Position numbers and translations under genes: made by a program. Under the pieces are notes generated by a model. It ran no database searches. It was not told the origin of the DNA and saw only the letters and a program-made list of their open reading frames with translations. Positions 28,291 to 39,244 of a stretch of DNA of 64,000 bases are shown piece by piece (position 1 is the first letter of the stretch; every line of letters starts with the position of its first letter). Location of the stretch: positions 450,619 to 514,618 of the forward strand of contig NC_092556.1 of assembly GCF_037038585.1 (NCBI RefSeq). The letters run 5' to 3'. This stretch comes from Patagioenas fasciata (Eukaryota).

Positions 28291-28780
28291 CTCCTCTTCT
28301 TCCTCCTCCTCCTCCTCCTCCTCCTCCTCTTCCTCCTCCCCCGACGCCCCCCCCGCCCCCGACTCCGCCCCCGACTCCGCCCCCGCCGCCAAATCCCCGC
28401 CCCCTGCCCCCGCGCAGACCCCGCCCCCCGCCGTGACGTCAGCGGTGACGTCAGCGACCACCTCGGCGCCGCCCCCCGCCACCTCGGCCCCGCCCCCCGC
28501 CACCTCCGCCCCCGCCGCCCCCTCCCTGCTGTCCATCAAACCCTCGCCCCGCCCCCTGGCCCCGCCCACCCCCCGCCCCGCCCTCCCCCGCCCCTCGGGC
28601 ACCCCCCGCCCCTCCCCCAACCCCCTGCTGTCCCTCAGCCCCTCCCCCAGCCGAGGGGGCGTGGCCACCCGCGGGCCCCTCCCCCTGTTGGGGCGCGGCC
28701 CCGCCTTCCCCCGCCCCCCCACCCCCTTCCTGGCCACGCCCACCCGCTCCCCATTGGCCGCTTGTTACACCCCGCCCTCC
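28090..28780 (+). CDS. SRRM2: SRRM2 second poly-Ser exon: (P)CPAPPALPSAPDAPDVPAIVPVVPVVPKRRKRRSSSS(~55 S)PDAPPAPDSAPDSAPAAKSPPPAPAQTPPP...; 3' end unresolved
   Basis: Acceptor ccccacag|GTGCCC with correct phase (CC+G). KRRKRR-polySer corresponds to human PAKRKRRSSSSS...SPSPAKPGPQALPKPASPKKPPP. An interspersed CCCGGACGCCTGGGTCCC element is present by ~28790, so the coding sequence probably ends before that point. No downstream RS-rich terminal exons were found. Confidence 0.6.
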
Positions 28781-29132
28781 CCGGCCCGGACGCCCGGGTC
28801 CCCCTTTTGGCGCGGGCTCCCCGGACGCCTGGGTCCCTGCGTTCACCGCTATCACGGGATTGGCTGCGGCGGCCCCGGACGCCTGGGTCCCTGCTCCTCC
28901 TCCTCCTCCTCCTCCTCCTCCTCCTGCCTCCACCGTTTCTACGGTAACGGGGGGGCGCTGGGCGGGGGGGGGGATGGGCAGCCCCGGACGCCTGGGTCCC
29001 CAGCGCTTGGCGGGAAGCGCCCTGATTGGCGGAGGGCTGGGGGGGGGGGGCGGGTGCTGCCACCACCACCACCACCCCCCGCGCCCCTCCCCCCCCCGAA
29101 ACCCCTCCCCCTTCGCGGCCACGCCCACCAGC

Positions 29133-29753
29133 ATGGCCGCCCGCGCCTACAGCGGCGCCTCCCAGTACAACCTGGGGCTCTCCCAGTACAACCTGGGGGG
29201 CGCCCAGTACAGCGTGGGCGGGGCCTCCCAGTACAGCGTGGGCGGGGCCTCCCAGTACAGCATGGGCGGGGCCTCCCAGTACAACATGGGCGGGGCCTCC
29301 CAGTACAACCTGGGCGTCTCCCAGTATAACATGGGGGTCTCCCAGTACAACATGGGGGGCTCCCAGTACAACCTCCAGTACGCCCAGTATGCCCAGTACA
29401 CCCAGTACGAGGCCGCCGGGGGGGGAGGGGAGGCCCAGTACGCCCAGTTCGCCGCCAGCGCCGCCCAGTACGCGGCCGCCCAGCAGGGGGCGGCGCCCGC
29501 CGAGGGCTCCGCCCACCCGGCCGGCGCCGGCCAATCGGGGGCCGCGGGGGGCGGGGCCTGGGCCGCGGGGGAGGGGCAGCAGGAGGCCTGGGGGGGAGCG
29601 GCTGCTGGGGGGGGAGGGGCCGGGGCGGCGGGGGGGGCGGGGGGGGGGAGGGGCGGGGGGGAGCACGGGGGTGACCTGGGGGGCGTGGGTGGCGGGGGGG
29701 ACCGCCCCATAAGTGGGGGGCGGGGACCCAGAGACGGAGCCTCTGCCCCATAG
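29133..29753 (+). CDS. Uncharacterised ORF: MAARAYSGASQYNLGLSQYNLGGAQYSVGGASQYSVGG... with about ten 9-aa (27-bp) GASQYN(L/M/S)G repeats, then a QY/A/G-rich tail
   Basis: Listed ORF 28860..29753, with a strong Kozak ATG (accagcATGG) at 29133. The repeat period is a multiple of 3 and the variation sits at the codon level, which is unlike the surrounding satellites. A GCCACGCCCACC box lies immediately upstream. No homolog was recognised. Confidence 0.35.
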   Translation: MAARAYSGASQYNLGLSQYNLGGAQYSVGGASQYSVGGASQYSMGGASQYNMGGASQYNLGVSQYNMGVSQYNMGGSQYNLQYAQYAQYTQYEAAGGGGEAQYAQFAASAAQYAAAQQGAAPAEGSAHPAGAGQSGAAGGGAWAAGEGQQEAWGGAAAGGGGAGAAGGAGGGRGGGEHGGDLGGVGGGGDRPISGGRGPRDGASAP

Positions 29754-29759
29754 GAGGAG

Positions 29760-31210
29760 CCTCTGACGTGGAACAGGGGGTTCTGACCCATAAGTGGGGG
29801 GTGGACCCATAGAAGGAGCCTCTGCCCCATAGGAGGAGCCTCTGCCCCATAGAAGGAGCCTCTAACGTGGAACAGGGCGTTCTGACCCATAAGTGGGGGG
29901 TGGACCCATAGGTTGGGGGGTTGACCCATAGAAGGAGCCTCTGCCCCATAGGAGAAGCATCTGATGCAGAACAAGGGCGTGCGACCCATAAGTGGGGGGT
30001 GGACCCATAGAAGGAGCCTCTGCCCCATAGATGGAGCATCTGACGTGGAACAGGGGGTTCTGACCCATAAGTGGGGGGTGGACCCATAGGTTGGGGGGTG
30101 ACCCATAGAAGGAGCCTCTGCCCCATAGACGGAACCTCTGCCCCATAGAAGGAGCCTCTGCCCCATAGGAGAAGCATCTGGTGCAGAACAAGGGGGTGCG
30201 ACCCATAAATGGGGGAGTTGACCCATAGAAGGAGCCTCTGCCCCATAGATGGAGCCTCTGACATGGAACAGGGGGTTCTGACCCATAAGTGGGGGGTGGA
30301 CCCATAGAAGGAGCCTTTGCCCCATAGATGGAGCCTCTGACGTGGAACAGGGGGTTCTGACCCATAAGTGGGGGGTGGACCCATAGGTTGGGGGGTGACC
30401 CATAGAAGGAGCCTCTGCCCCATAGACGGAACCTCTGCCCCATAGAAGGAGCCTCTGCCCCATAGACGGAGCATCTGATGTGGAACAGGGTTCTGACCCA
30501 TAAGTGGGGGGTGTGACCCATAGATGGAGCCTCTGCCCCATAGATGGAACATCTGACATGGAACAAGGGGTTCTGACCCATAAGTGGGGGGTGTGACCCA
30601 TAGAGCATCTGACATTGGACAAGGGGGTCTGACCCAGAGATGGAGACTCTGCCCCATAGATGAAGCCTCTGCCCCATAGATGAAGCCTCTGCCCCATAGA
30701 AGGGAACATCTGACCCATAAGTAAGGGGTGTGACCCATAGGTTGGGGTTTCTGCCCCATAAGTGGGGGGTTGACCCATAGATGGAGCCTCTGCCCCATAG
30801 AAGGAACATCTGACCTGTAATGAGGGGGTCTGACCCATAAGTGGGGATGTGACCCATAGGTTGGGGGGGGATGTGACCCATAGGTTGGGGGGGGGTCTGA
30901 CCCATAAGTGGGGGGTGTGACCCATAAGTGGGGACTCTGCCCCAGAGAAACAACATCTGGTCCATAGTGGGGGGCTTGACCCATAGAAGGAGCTTCTGCC
31001 CCATAGCGGGTCCCCATAGGTGGGGGGTTCTGCCCCATAGAATGAACATCTGAGCCGTAACAAGGGGGGCTGCCCCATAGAAGGAGCCTCTGCCCCATAG
31101 AGGGGGGTCTGCCCCATAGAAGGATCATCAGCCCCATAGCGGGGGGTGCGACCCATAGAAAGCTCATCTGCCCCATAGTGGGGTGTTCCCTGCCCCATAG
31201 CGGGGGGTCC
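29760..31210. repeat. Complex minisatellite (ccatagaaggagcctctgccccatag / gacccataagtggggggtggaccc units)
   Basis: Direct reading. It generates the 826-aa spurious minus-strand ORF 28939..31419. Confidence 0.9.
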
Positions 31211-31329
31211 TGACCCACATTGGGGGAGGGGGGGTCTCTGCCCCATAGCGGGCGGCTCTGGCCCCACATGTCACCCCCCGCCCCACATCTGTGCCCCACA
31301 CCGGACACGGGAGCTCCCCTGGGACTCGG

Positions 31330-32250
31330 TGGAGGTGAGGAGATGTGGGGCAGGATGTGGGGCAGGATGTGGGGTGAACGCGGCCACTCGGGGGGCAGAG
31401 CCGCGGGTCGTGTTGTCACTTGGGGGGCAGATCTATGGGGCCTGTGAAGGTTGCGCTGACTCGGGGGGCAGATCTATGGGGCGCGGTCCCACTTGGGGGG
31501 CAGATCCGTGGGGCTCAATGGGGTGAATTGTTCTTACTTGGGGGGCAGAGCTGTGGGGCTTATGGGGTGGTGTTTGTTCCTACTTGGGGGGCTGACCTAT
31601 GGGGCTCTATGGGGCGTGTGTTGTGTTCAGTTGGGGGGCAGATCTATGGGGCTCAATGGGGCAAGTTGTTCCCACTTGGGGGGCAGATCTATGGGGCGCC
31701 GCGTCAGTTCAGCTGCTTCCAATGGGGCTTATGGGGCAGGCGCCCCACACTTGTGGGGCAGAGATGCTTTTCTTATGGGGGGCGGCTGTGGGGCTGGGAT
31801 CTGTGGGGCTGGGGGGGCATCTATGGGGCTGGCAGCATGTGGGGCAGCTTGGGCTGGCAATGCCATGTGGGGCAGGTTATGGGGCTGGGGGAGGGACCTA
31901 TGGGGCTGCCACGTTTCTATGGGGCTAGGGAGGGATCTATGGGGCTGCCACGTCGCTATGGGGCTGGGGAGGGATCTATGGGGCTGGGGGGGGAGTCTAT
32001 GGGGCCGCCATGTTTCTATGGGGCTGGGGCGGGATCTACGGGGCCACCATGTTTCTGTGGGGCTGGGGAGGGATCTATGGGGCAGCCATCACAATGTGGG
32101 GCTGGGGAGGGATCTATGGGGCTGGGGCAGGATCTATGGGGCCGCCACGTCGCTGTGGGGCTGGGGGCGGATCTCTGGGGCTGGCAGGCATCCGTGGGTC
32201 CGGGCGCCGTGGGGCAGCGCCGTGGGGCTGACCCATATCCCCCCCCAGGG
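31330..32250. repeat. GGGGCAGATCTATGGGGC-family minisatellite
   Basis: Direct reading. Confidence 0.85.
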
Positions 32251-32409
32251 GGCTGAGTCCCGCGCCGGCGCCGAGGAACCCGCGGCCACTTGTGGGGCGG
32301 CCGGTAGGTCTGTGGGGCACGATCCGTGGGGCGCAAACCCCATCCATGGGGCACAAACCCCATCCGTGGGGCGCAAACCCCATCCGTGGGGCGCAAACCC
32401 TCACCCCCT

Positions 32410-32650
32410 CTTTTCTATTGCAGCCCGGAAGCCCCGCCCCCTCCGCTGGCCACGCCCCCTCTCAAACCCCGCCCATTCCAACCCCGCCCACACCTTCCCC
32501 CCCCCCTTCCCTCAAACCCCGCCCCCTTTTCACCCGGTTGCCCCCGCCCACTCTCTCGGCCCCGCCCACTGTTTGTTAACCCCGCCCCTTCACTGTTAAC
32601 CCCGCCCCTTTTCCCGCGTGTTTTATCAATAGAAACCGACCAATGGCGGC
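32410..32650. promoter_or_regulatory. Cluster of about eight (A)CCCCGCCC GC-boxes plus a CCAAT box (gaccaatggcgg); orphan promoter-like element about 0.8 kb past the ELOB 3' end
   Basis: aaccccgcccattcc, aaccccgcccacacc, ccccgccccctt and gaccaatggcgg. It is preceded by an acceptor-like ttttctattgcag at 32411-32423. Confidence 0.3.
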
Positions 32651-32739
32651 TCTGGGTGTGTCTGTGGGCGGGGCTGGGGAAGGGGGCGGGGCCTGGGAAA
32701 GGGGGTGGGGCTTGGGCGGCTTCACTTCCATCGGGATAT

Positions 32740-33110
32740 TGGGGGGTGCTGAGCTCGGTCCCCCTGGGACCCACATTGGGGGCCCCACCCCCCCACCCCA
32801 AGACCCCTTGGGACCCCCAATAATCCCCCTGGGACCCCCCCCCCCCAACACCCTTGGGACCCCCACCCCAATATTGGGGTCCCCCAAACCCCCCTTGGGA
32901 CCCACATTGGGGACACCCCCCTTTACATTGGGGACCCCCCCAAGTCACCCTGGGTCCCCCCAATAATCCCCCTGGGACCCCCCCACCCCCACATTGGGAA
33001 CCTCCCCCAACCCCCAAATATTGGGCACCCCCGCTCCCAATCCCCCTGGGACCCACATTGGGACCCCCCCCCCCCTCCCCCCATCGTGACCCCAAATGAC
33101 ACCAGAGACC
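32740..33110. repeat. GGGACCCCCAATAATCCCCCT-type minisatellite
   Basis: Direct reading. Confidence 0.8.
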
Positions 33111-33433
33111 CCCAGGCTTTGATTCCTGCACCGCTTGATTGACACCTGTCACTCAACGAGAAGGAAACACCCCCGAGGGGGCGGAGCCGGGGAGGGGGGG
33201 GGGCGTGTCCGTGTCTCATTGGAGCGCTGCGGGGAGTGGGCGTGGCCATGGTGGGGTGGGCGGGGCCGGCTCTCAGTGACCGGTTTGTGTGGGGGCGTGG
33301 CCGGGGATGAGTGGGCGGGGCCGAGGCTCAGTGGTTTCAATGGGGGTTGGGGGCGTGGCCAGGAGTGGGGTGGGCGGAGTCTGGTGGCGAGTGGGCGGCG
33401 CCTGGGCAGCGCATTCGCGTCTGAACGAAGGGG

Positions 33434-33439
33434 TTTAAT
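33434..33439 (-). terminator. ELOB: ATTAAA polyadenylation-signal variant for ELOB (minus strand), about 85 nt after the stop codon
   Basis: Plus-strand tttaat at 33434-33439. Position only; weak evidence. Confidence 0.35.
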
Positions 33440-33521
33440 GGGGGGAGGCTGGGTGGGCGTGGCCGGAGCGGGGTGGGTGGGACCAGGGGAGGGTTGGGCG
33501 TGGTCAGGGGAGGGGGCGTGG

Positions 33522-33631
33522 TCAGGGGAGGGGCGGCTCCTGCGCCGCCCCCGCCGAGTCCTGGGGTTTCATGACGTCCGGCAGCTCGGGGGGGCTGGAG
33601 AAGGGGTCGATGCGCAGCCCCTCGAACGCCT
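33522..33631 (-). CDS. ELOB: ELOB terminal coding exon: (E)[35 protein letters not shown]
   Basis: Matches human elongin B [35 protein letters not shown]. Acceptor ccccccag|AGGCG. Stop TGA at 33524-33522. Confidence 0.85.
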
Positions 33632-33639
33632 CTGGGGGG

Positions 33640-35560
33640 CGACCGCGGTCAGGGGGGGGCCCCAGACCCACAGAGACCCCCATAGAGCCCCCCCAGACCC
33701 ACAGAGACCCCACAGAGCCCATAGAACCCCCCAGACCCACAGAGACCCCATAGAGCCCCCCCAGACCCACAGAGACCCCATAGAGCCCCCCCAGACCCAC
33801 AGGGACCCCGTAGAGCCCCCCCAGACCCACAGGGACACCATAGAATCCCCCCAGACCCACATGGACCCCCATGGGACCCCATAGAACCCCCCAGACCCAC
33901 ATGGGACCCTCAGACCCACATGGGACCCACAGAGACCCCACAGAAACCCCCAGACCCACAGAGACCCCATAGACCCACACAGACCCACATGGGACCCATA
34001 GAACCCCCCAGACCCACATGGACCCCATAGACCCCCCAATGAGGCCCCAGACCCACACAGACCCCCAGACCCCAAAACAACCAATGGGGACCCCAAAATG
34101 GGGCAGCCCCACATCCATGGGGCAGCCCCACTGCGACCCCCAAAATCCCACCTGGGGACCCCAAACACCCCCCCCCCGGGCACCCCAGAGCGTCCCCCAT
34201 GTCCCACTATGGGTCAGACCCACATCCATGGGGCAGACCCACTGCGACCCCCAACCCCCCTCCTGGGGACCCCAAGCCCCCCCCCAGGGCACCCCAGAGC
34301 GTCCCCCGTGCCCCACTATGGGTCAGCCCCACATCCATGGGTCAGCCCCACCTCTATGGGGCAGCCCCACTGCGACCCCCAAAATCCCCCCTGGGGACCC
34401 CAAACCTCCCCAGGGCACCCCAGAGCGTCCCCCGTGCCCCACTATGGGTCAGCCCCACATCTATGGGGCAGCCCCACTGCGACCCCCAACCCCCCTCCTG
34501 GGGACCCCAAGCCCCCCCCCAGGGCACCCCGGAGCGTCCCCCATGCCCCGCTATGGGTCAGCCCCACATCTATGGGTCAGCCCCACATCCATGGGTCAGC
34601 CCTACTGCGACCCCCAAAATCCCCCCTGGGGACCCCAATTTCCCCCCCCGGGCACCCCAGCGCGTCCCCCGTGCCCCGCTCTGGGGCGGCCCCAGACGTG
34701 TGGGGCGGACCCACCGCTGCCCCTCAGCGCCAGCCCCACGGTGGCGGGCGCCTGGGGCCGCGCGGTCTGGCTGGTGAAGCCGCAGTCCCCCAGGGTCTTG
34801 GAGTCATCCAGGAGTTGGTCATCCTGGGGGGCAGAGCCACGGAGAGCCAGGAGTGAGCGGCAGGGACCCACAGAGACCCATAGAGACCCATAGGGACCCA
34901 TAGAGACCCATAGAGACCATAGGGACCCATAGAGACCCATAGGGACCCATAGGGACCCATAGAGACCCATAGAGACCCATAGGGACCCATAGAGACCACA
35001 GAGACCCATAGGGACCCATAGGGACCCATAGAGACCCATAGAGACCCATAGGGACCCATAGAGACCACAGAGACCCATAGGGACCCATAGAGACCCATAG
35101 GAACCCATAGGGACCCATAGGGACCCATGGAGACCCATAGAGACCCATAGAGACCATAGGGACCCATAGGGACCGATAGAGACCCATAGGGACCATAGAG
35201 ACCCATAGAGACCCATAGAGACCATAGAGACCCATAGGGACCCATAGAGACCCATAGAGACCCATAGAGACCCATAGGGACCCACAGAGACCCACGGAAA
35301 TACACAGAGACCCATAGAGACCCATAGGGACCCATAGAGACCTCAGAGCCCCATAGGGACCCACAGAGACCCATAGAGACCCATAGAGACCCATAGGGAC
35401 CCAGAGAGACCCACAGAGCCCCATAGGGACCCATAGGGACCCATGGAGACCCATAGAGACCCATAGAGACCCATAGAGACCCATAGAGACCCATAGAGAC
35501 CATAGGGACCATAGGGACCCATAGAGACCCATAGGGACCATAGAGACCCTATGGGTCTCT
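33640..35560. repeat. GACCCATAGAGACCCATAGG 10/11-bp minisatellite filling ELOB introns, interrupted by the exon island at 34715-34823
   Basis: Direct reading. It generates the spurious ORFs 34602..35315, 34724..35512 and others. Confidence 0.9.
34715..34823 (-). CDS. ELOB: ELOB exon: [36 protein letters not shown]
   Basis: Matches human [35 protein letters not shown]. Acceptor ccccccag|GATGAC. Donor GCAGCG|gtgggt, phase 1. Confidence 0.85.
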
Positions 35561-35738
35561 ATGGTCCCTATGGGTCCCTATGGTCTCTATGGTTTCTCTG
35601 ATGATCTCTGTGGTGCTCTCTATGGTCTCTATGGTGAACTCTATGGTCCCTATGTTGCTCTCTATGGTCCCTATGTTGCTCTATCTGAACTCTATGGTGT
35701 GTATGACGCTATAGGTGCCGTATGGATGCCATGGGTAC

Positions 35739-35873
35739 CTTGTAGAGGCGCTGGTCCTGGGGGGGCCGGTGCAGGATCCCCTCCACCACGCGCTTGAGCT
35801 CCAGCACGGTGCTGGACTCCTTGGCATCGGTGAAGATGGTGGTCTTGTGCCGCCGGATCATCAGGAACACGTC
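35739..35873 (-). CDS. ELOB: ELOB exon: [45 protein letters not shown]
   Basis: Matches human [45 protein letters not shown]. Acceptor cccccag|GACGTG. Donor TACAAG|gtaccc. Confidence 0.9.
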
Positions 35874-35889
35874 CTGGGGGTCACGGGGT

Positions 35890-36900
35890 CACGGGGTCAC
35901 CGGGGTCACGGGGGGGTGGGGTTCTAGGGGGTTCTATGGGGGTCGTGGGGGTCATATGGGGTTCTATGGGGGTCGTGGGGGTCATATGGGGTTCTATGGG
36001 GGTTTGGGGTCACATGGGGTCATGGGGGTTCTATGGGGGTCACATGGGGTCATGGGGGGTCAGGGGTCATGGGGGTGGGGTCATGTGGGGTTCTATGGGG
36101 GTCATGGGGGTCATATGGGGTTCTATGGGGGTCACGGGGGGTGGGGTCATATGGGGTTCTATGGGGGTTTGGGGTCACATGGGGTCATGGGGGTTATATG
36201 GGGTCATGGGGGTCTGGGGTCATATGGGGTTCTATGGGGGTCACGGGGGGTGGGGTCATATGGGGGTTTGGGGTCACATGGGGTCATGGGGGTTATATGG
36301 GGGTCACATGGGGGTCATGGGGGTCACAGGGGCTTGGGGGTTATGGTGGGGTGGGGTCATGTGGGGTTCTATGGGGGGTCATGGGGGTTCTATGGGGGTT
36401 ATAGGGGGGTCACATGGGGTCATGGGGGGTCAGGAGTCATGGGGGTCTGGGGTCATGTGGGGTTCTATGGGGGTCATTTGGGGTCATGGGGGTCAGGGGT
36501 CATGGGGTCATACGGGGTTCTATGGGGGTCATGGGGGTTCTATGGGGGTCACATGGGGTCATGGGGGTGGGGTCATCTGGAGTTCTATGGGGGTCATTGG
36601 GGGTCATAAGGGGTTATATGGGGGTCATGGGGGATGGGGTCATATGGGGTTCTATGGGGTCACATGGGGTCATGGGGGTCAGGGGTCATGGGGGGCTGGG
36701 GTCACATGGGGTCACATGGGGTGGGGTCATAGGGGGTTAAATGGGGGTCACATGGGGGTCATGGGGGGCTGGGGTCATATGGGGTTATGGGGGGGGTCTG
36801 GGGTCATGGGGGTCACATGGGGGTCATGGGGGGGTCAGGGGTCATGGGGGGTGGGGTTATATGGGGGTCATGGGGGGTCAGGGGGTCCCATTTCAGGGGG
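35890..36900. repeat. GGGGTCATGGGGGTCACATGG-family minisatellite in ELOB intron 1
   Basis: Direct reading. Confidence 0.9.
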
Positions 36901-37140
36901 GCCCTGTGGGCGTGGCCAGGGCCATGGGGGCGTGGCCAGGCCCCTGTGAGCGCGGGAAGGGGCGTGGCCTCCAATGGGAGGCGTGGTATCCCCTAAAAGG
37001 AAAAGGGGGCGTGGCCTCCGCGCGGGGCCCGGGGGGCGGGGGGTGTTCGCTTTTCCCGCGCAAATCCGCTCTTTCCCGCCCAAACGCGGGTTTTCCCGCG
37101 CAAACCCGGGGTTTTCCCCCCCCCGGGGGGGTTTCTCGAA
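36900..37140. promoter_or_regulatory. Intronic promoter-like cluster: five GGCGTGGCC GT/GC boxes, a CCAAT box, CCTAAAAGGAAAAG, then three E2F consensus sites TTTCCCGCGCAAA / TTTCCCGCCCAAA
   Basis: gcttttcccgcgcaaatcc, ctctttcccgcccaaacgcgggttttcccgcgcaaaccc. It lies in ELOB intron 1, about 100-300 bp downstream of exon 1. Confidence 0.35.
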
Positions 37141-37209
37141 GTGGGAGGAGGGGCCCCGGGGGGGATTTTGGGGTAAATTCGGGGCTTTTTGGGGTTTTTT
37201 GGCGCTCAC

Positions 37210-37212
37210 CAT
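37210..37212 (-). CDS. ELOB: ELOB exon 1 coding part: ATG only (GGAACGAGCAGCGGCCGCCATTATG|gtgagcgcc)
   Basis: As in human ELOB, the first exon ends right after the start codon. The donor is gtgagc, and the next exon begins [10 protein letters not shown] in frame. Confidence 0.75.
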
Positions 37213-37214
37213 AA

Positions 37215-37560
37215 TGGCGGCCGCTGCTCGTTCCGGGTCCGGGCGATCCCAGCGGCCCCCGCGGCCGCCGCAGCCAATGGGGAGCGAGGCCACGCCCCCT
37301 GGCGGCGCCGCCATCTTGGGGAGGGCGGGTGGGAGCGGGGGGCGAAGGTGCCGGGCGCCATGTTGAAAGGGTCGAATTCCCGCCCTTTTTCCGGGCGCCA
37401 TGTTGAAAGGGTCGAATTCCCGCCCTTTTCGGGCGCCATCCTGGGAAGGTCTGATTTCCCGCCCTTTTCCCGGGCACCATTTTGAGAGGGTTCAAAGCCC
37501 CCCCCCCCACTCACTTCCGGGCGCCATTTTGAGCCGTTCAGCCATCTTGAGAAGGTCAAA
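37215..37560 (-). promoter_or_regulatory. ELOB: ELOB TATA-less promoter with a YY1 site (CAAGATGGCGGCGCC on the minus strand, 37303-37317), an inverted CCAAT (37271-37280) and GC/GT boxes; upstream it has four degenerate ~45-bp tandem units each carrying GCGCCATnTTG and TTCCCGCC (E2F-like)
   Basis: Direct reading of 37261-37320, and of the tandem units ccgggcgccatgttgaaagggtcgaattcccgccctttt at 37330-37540. Confidence 0.55.
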
Positions 37561-37599
37561 GGGGTTTTGGGGGCTTTTGGGGTGAATTTGGGGGTTTTG

Positions 37600-39060
37600 G
37601 GGGGTCCTGGGGGGGTTTTATGGGGTTATTTGTGCTCCTTGACGTATTTTGGGGGGTTTTGGGGGCGTTTTGGGGCTGTTTTGGGCGGATTTGGGGCTCT
37701 GGGTGGGGGTTTGGGGTCCTGAGCCGCGCATGGGCGGGGTTTAGGTGTCCATGGAGGTGCCTGTTTGGGGGTTTTGGGGGGGATTTGGGGGGACTTGGGG
37801 GTCCGGCTGCCCCATGGGGGGTGTTTGGGGGCAGTTTTGGGGGTTTTGGGGGGTTTGGGGGGCTGGGCGCCCCATAGATTCCGTTTTGGGGGGGGGTTGG
37901 GGGGCTGGGGGGGTTGGGGTCCTCAGGGCCCCCATTGGGGCGCATTGGGGGGGTTTGGGTGGCCAAGGAGGTGCCTGTTGGGGGGTTTGGGGGGGATGGG
38001 GGAGGGGAGGGGGGGAGGGGAAGGGACCCAGGCGTCCGGGCCCCACGGGTTTTGCTGACGGGGCAGGAGGCGCTGGGTGTGGGGGGAGGGAGGGACCCAG
38101 GCGTCCGGGCCCCACGCCCCGCCCCGCCCCCCCCCGGGGCACAGGGAGGGGGGGAGGGGGAGGGGGAGGGGGAGGGGGAGGGGGAGGGGGAGGGGGAGGG
38201 GGAGGGGGAGGGGGAGGGGGAGGGGGAGGGGGGGACCCAGGCGTCCGGGCCCCACATGTGGGGCTGATGTGGGGTGAGGGACCCAGGCGTTCGGGCCCCA
38301 TAAGTGACCCCCAACCAAGGGACCCAGGCGTCCGGGCCCCACATGTGGGGGTGACATGAGGTGAAGGACCCAGGCGTTCGGGCCCCACATCTGCCCCATA
38401 AGTGATCCCCAAGGAAGGGACCCAGGCGTTCGGGCCCCATAAGTGACCCCCAACCAAGGGACCCAGGCGTTCGGGCCCCACATCTGCCCCACAAGTGACT
38501 CCGCCCAACCAAGGGACCCAGGCGTCCGGGCCCCACATGTGGGGGTGATGTGGGGTGAGGGACCCAGGCGTTCGGGCCCCACACATGGGGCTGATGACAA
38601 GTGAGGGGACCCAGGCGTTCGGGCCCCACATCTGCCCCATAAGTGAACCTCAACGAAGGGACCCAGGCGTCCGGGCCCCATAAGTGACCCCCCCACCAAG
38701 AGACCCACGCGTCCGGGCCCCACATCTGCCCCATAAGTGAACCCCAAATCCAGGGGACCCAGGCGTCCGGGCCCCATAAGTGACCCCCCCACCAAGGGAC
38801 CCAGGCGTCCGGGCCCCACATCTGCCCCATAAGTGAGCCCCAAATCCAGGGGACCCAGGCGTCCAGGCCCCACATCTGCCCCATAAGTGACTCCGCCCAA
38901 CCAAGGGACCCAGGCGTCCGGGCCCCATAAGTGACCCCCACCGAAGGGACCCAGGTGTCCGGGCCCCATGGCGGGGGTGCCGTGGGGTGAGGACCCAGGC
39001 GTCCGGGCCCCACCCCGCCCCCCCCGCGTGGGCGAACCCGTTGGGCGAGGCCCCCGCCCC
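37600..39060. repeat. Satellite built on GGGACCCAGGCGTCCGGGCCCCA(CATCTGCCCCATAAGTGACC); includes a (GGGGGA)n tract at 38150-38230
   Basis: Direct reading. The same core appears in five other arrays in the window. Confidence 0.9.
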
Positions 39061-39156
39061 ACGGCCCCCGCCCCACGGCCCCGCCCCACGGCCCCGCCCC
39101 ATGGGCCCCATTTAAACGGCGGCGCCGTGGGGCGGGGGTTGGGGGGCAGGGCCGCT

Positions 39157-39241
39157 ATGGGGACCCCCGACCCCCTCCTCCCGCTGCTGCTGCTGCTGCT
39201 GCTCCCGGACCCACGGCGCGCGACCCACGGCTGCGAATCAG
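39157..39241 (+). CDS. Serine protease exon 1, signal peptide: MGTPDPLLPLLLLLLLPDPRRATHGCES(G)
   Basis: ATG with a hydrophobic poly-Leu core. Donor AATCAG|gtgggg, phase 1. It lies in the same frame as listed ORF 38968..39594. Confidence 0.7.
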
Positions 39242-39244
39242 GTG

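Noticed and set aside
28858-29030. CCAAT-type boxes (gattggctg, ctgattggcgg) and CCCGGACGCCTGGGTCCC copies, seen as a possible promoter for the SQYN ORF
   Set aside because: This is possible but unsupported. The elements belong to the interspersed repeat family seen elsewhere, so they were mentioned only in the relevant finding.
32643-32966. ORF MAALGVSVGGAGEGGG... starting at the CCAAT-overlapping ATG downstream of the GC-box cluster
   Set aside because: The sequence is low-complexity and runs into the GGGACCCCC satellite. There is no homology or splice support.
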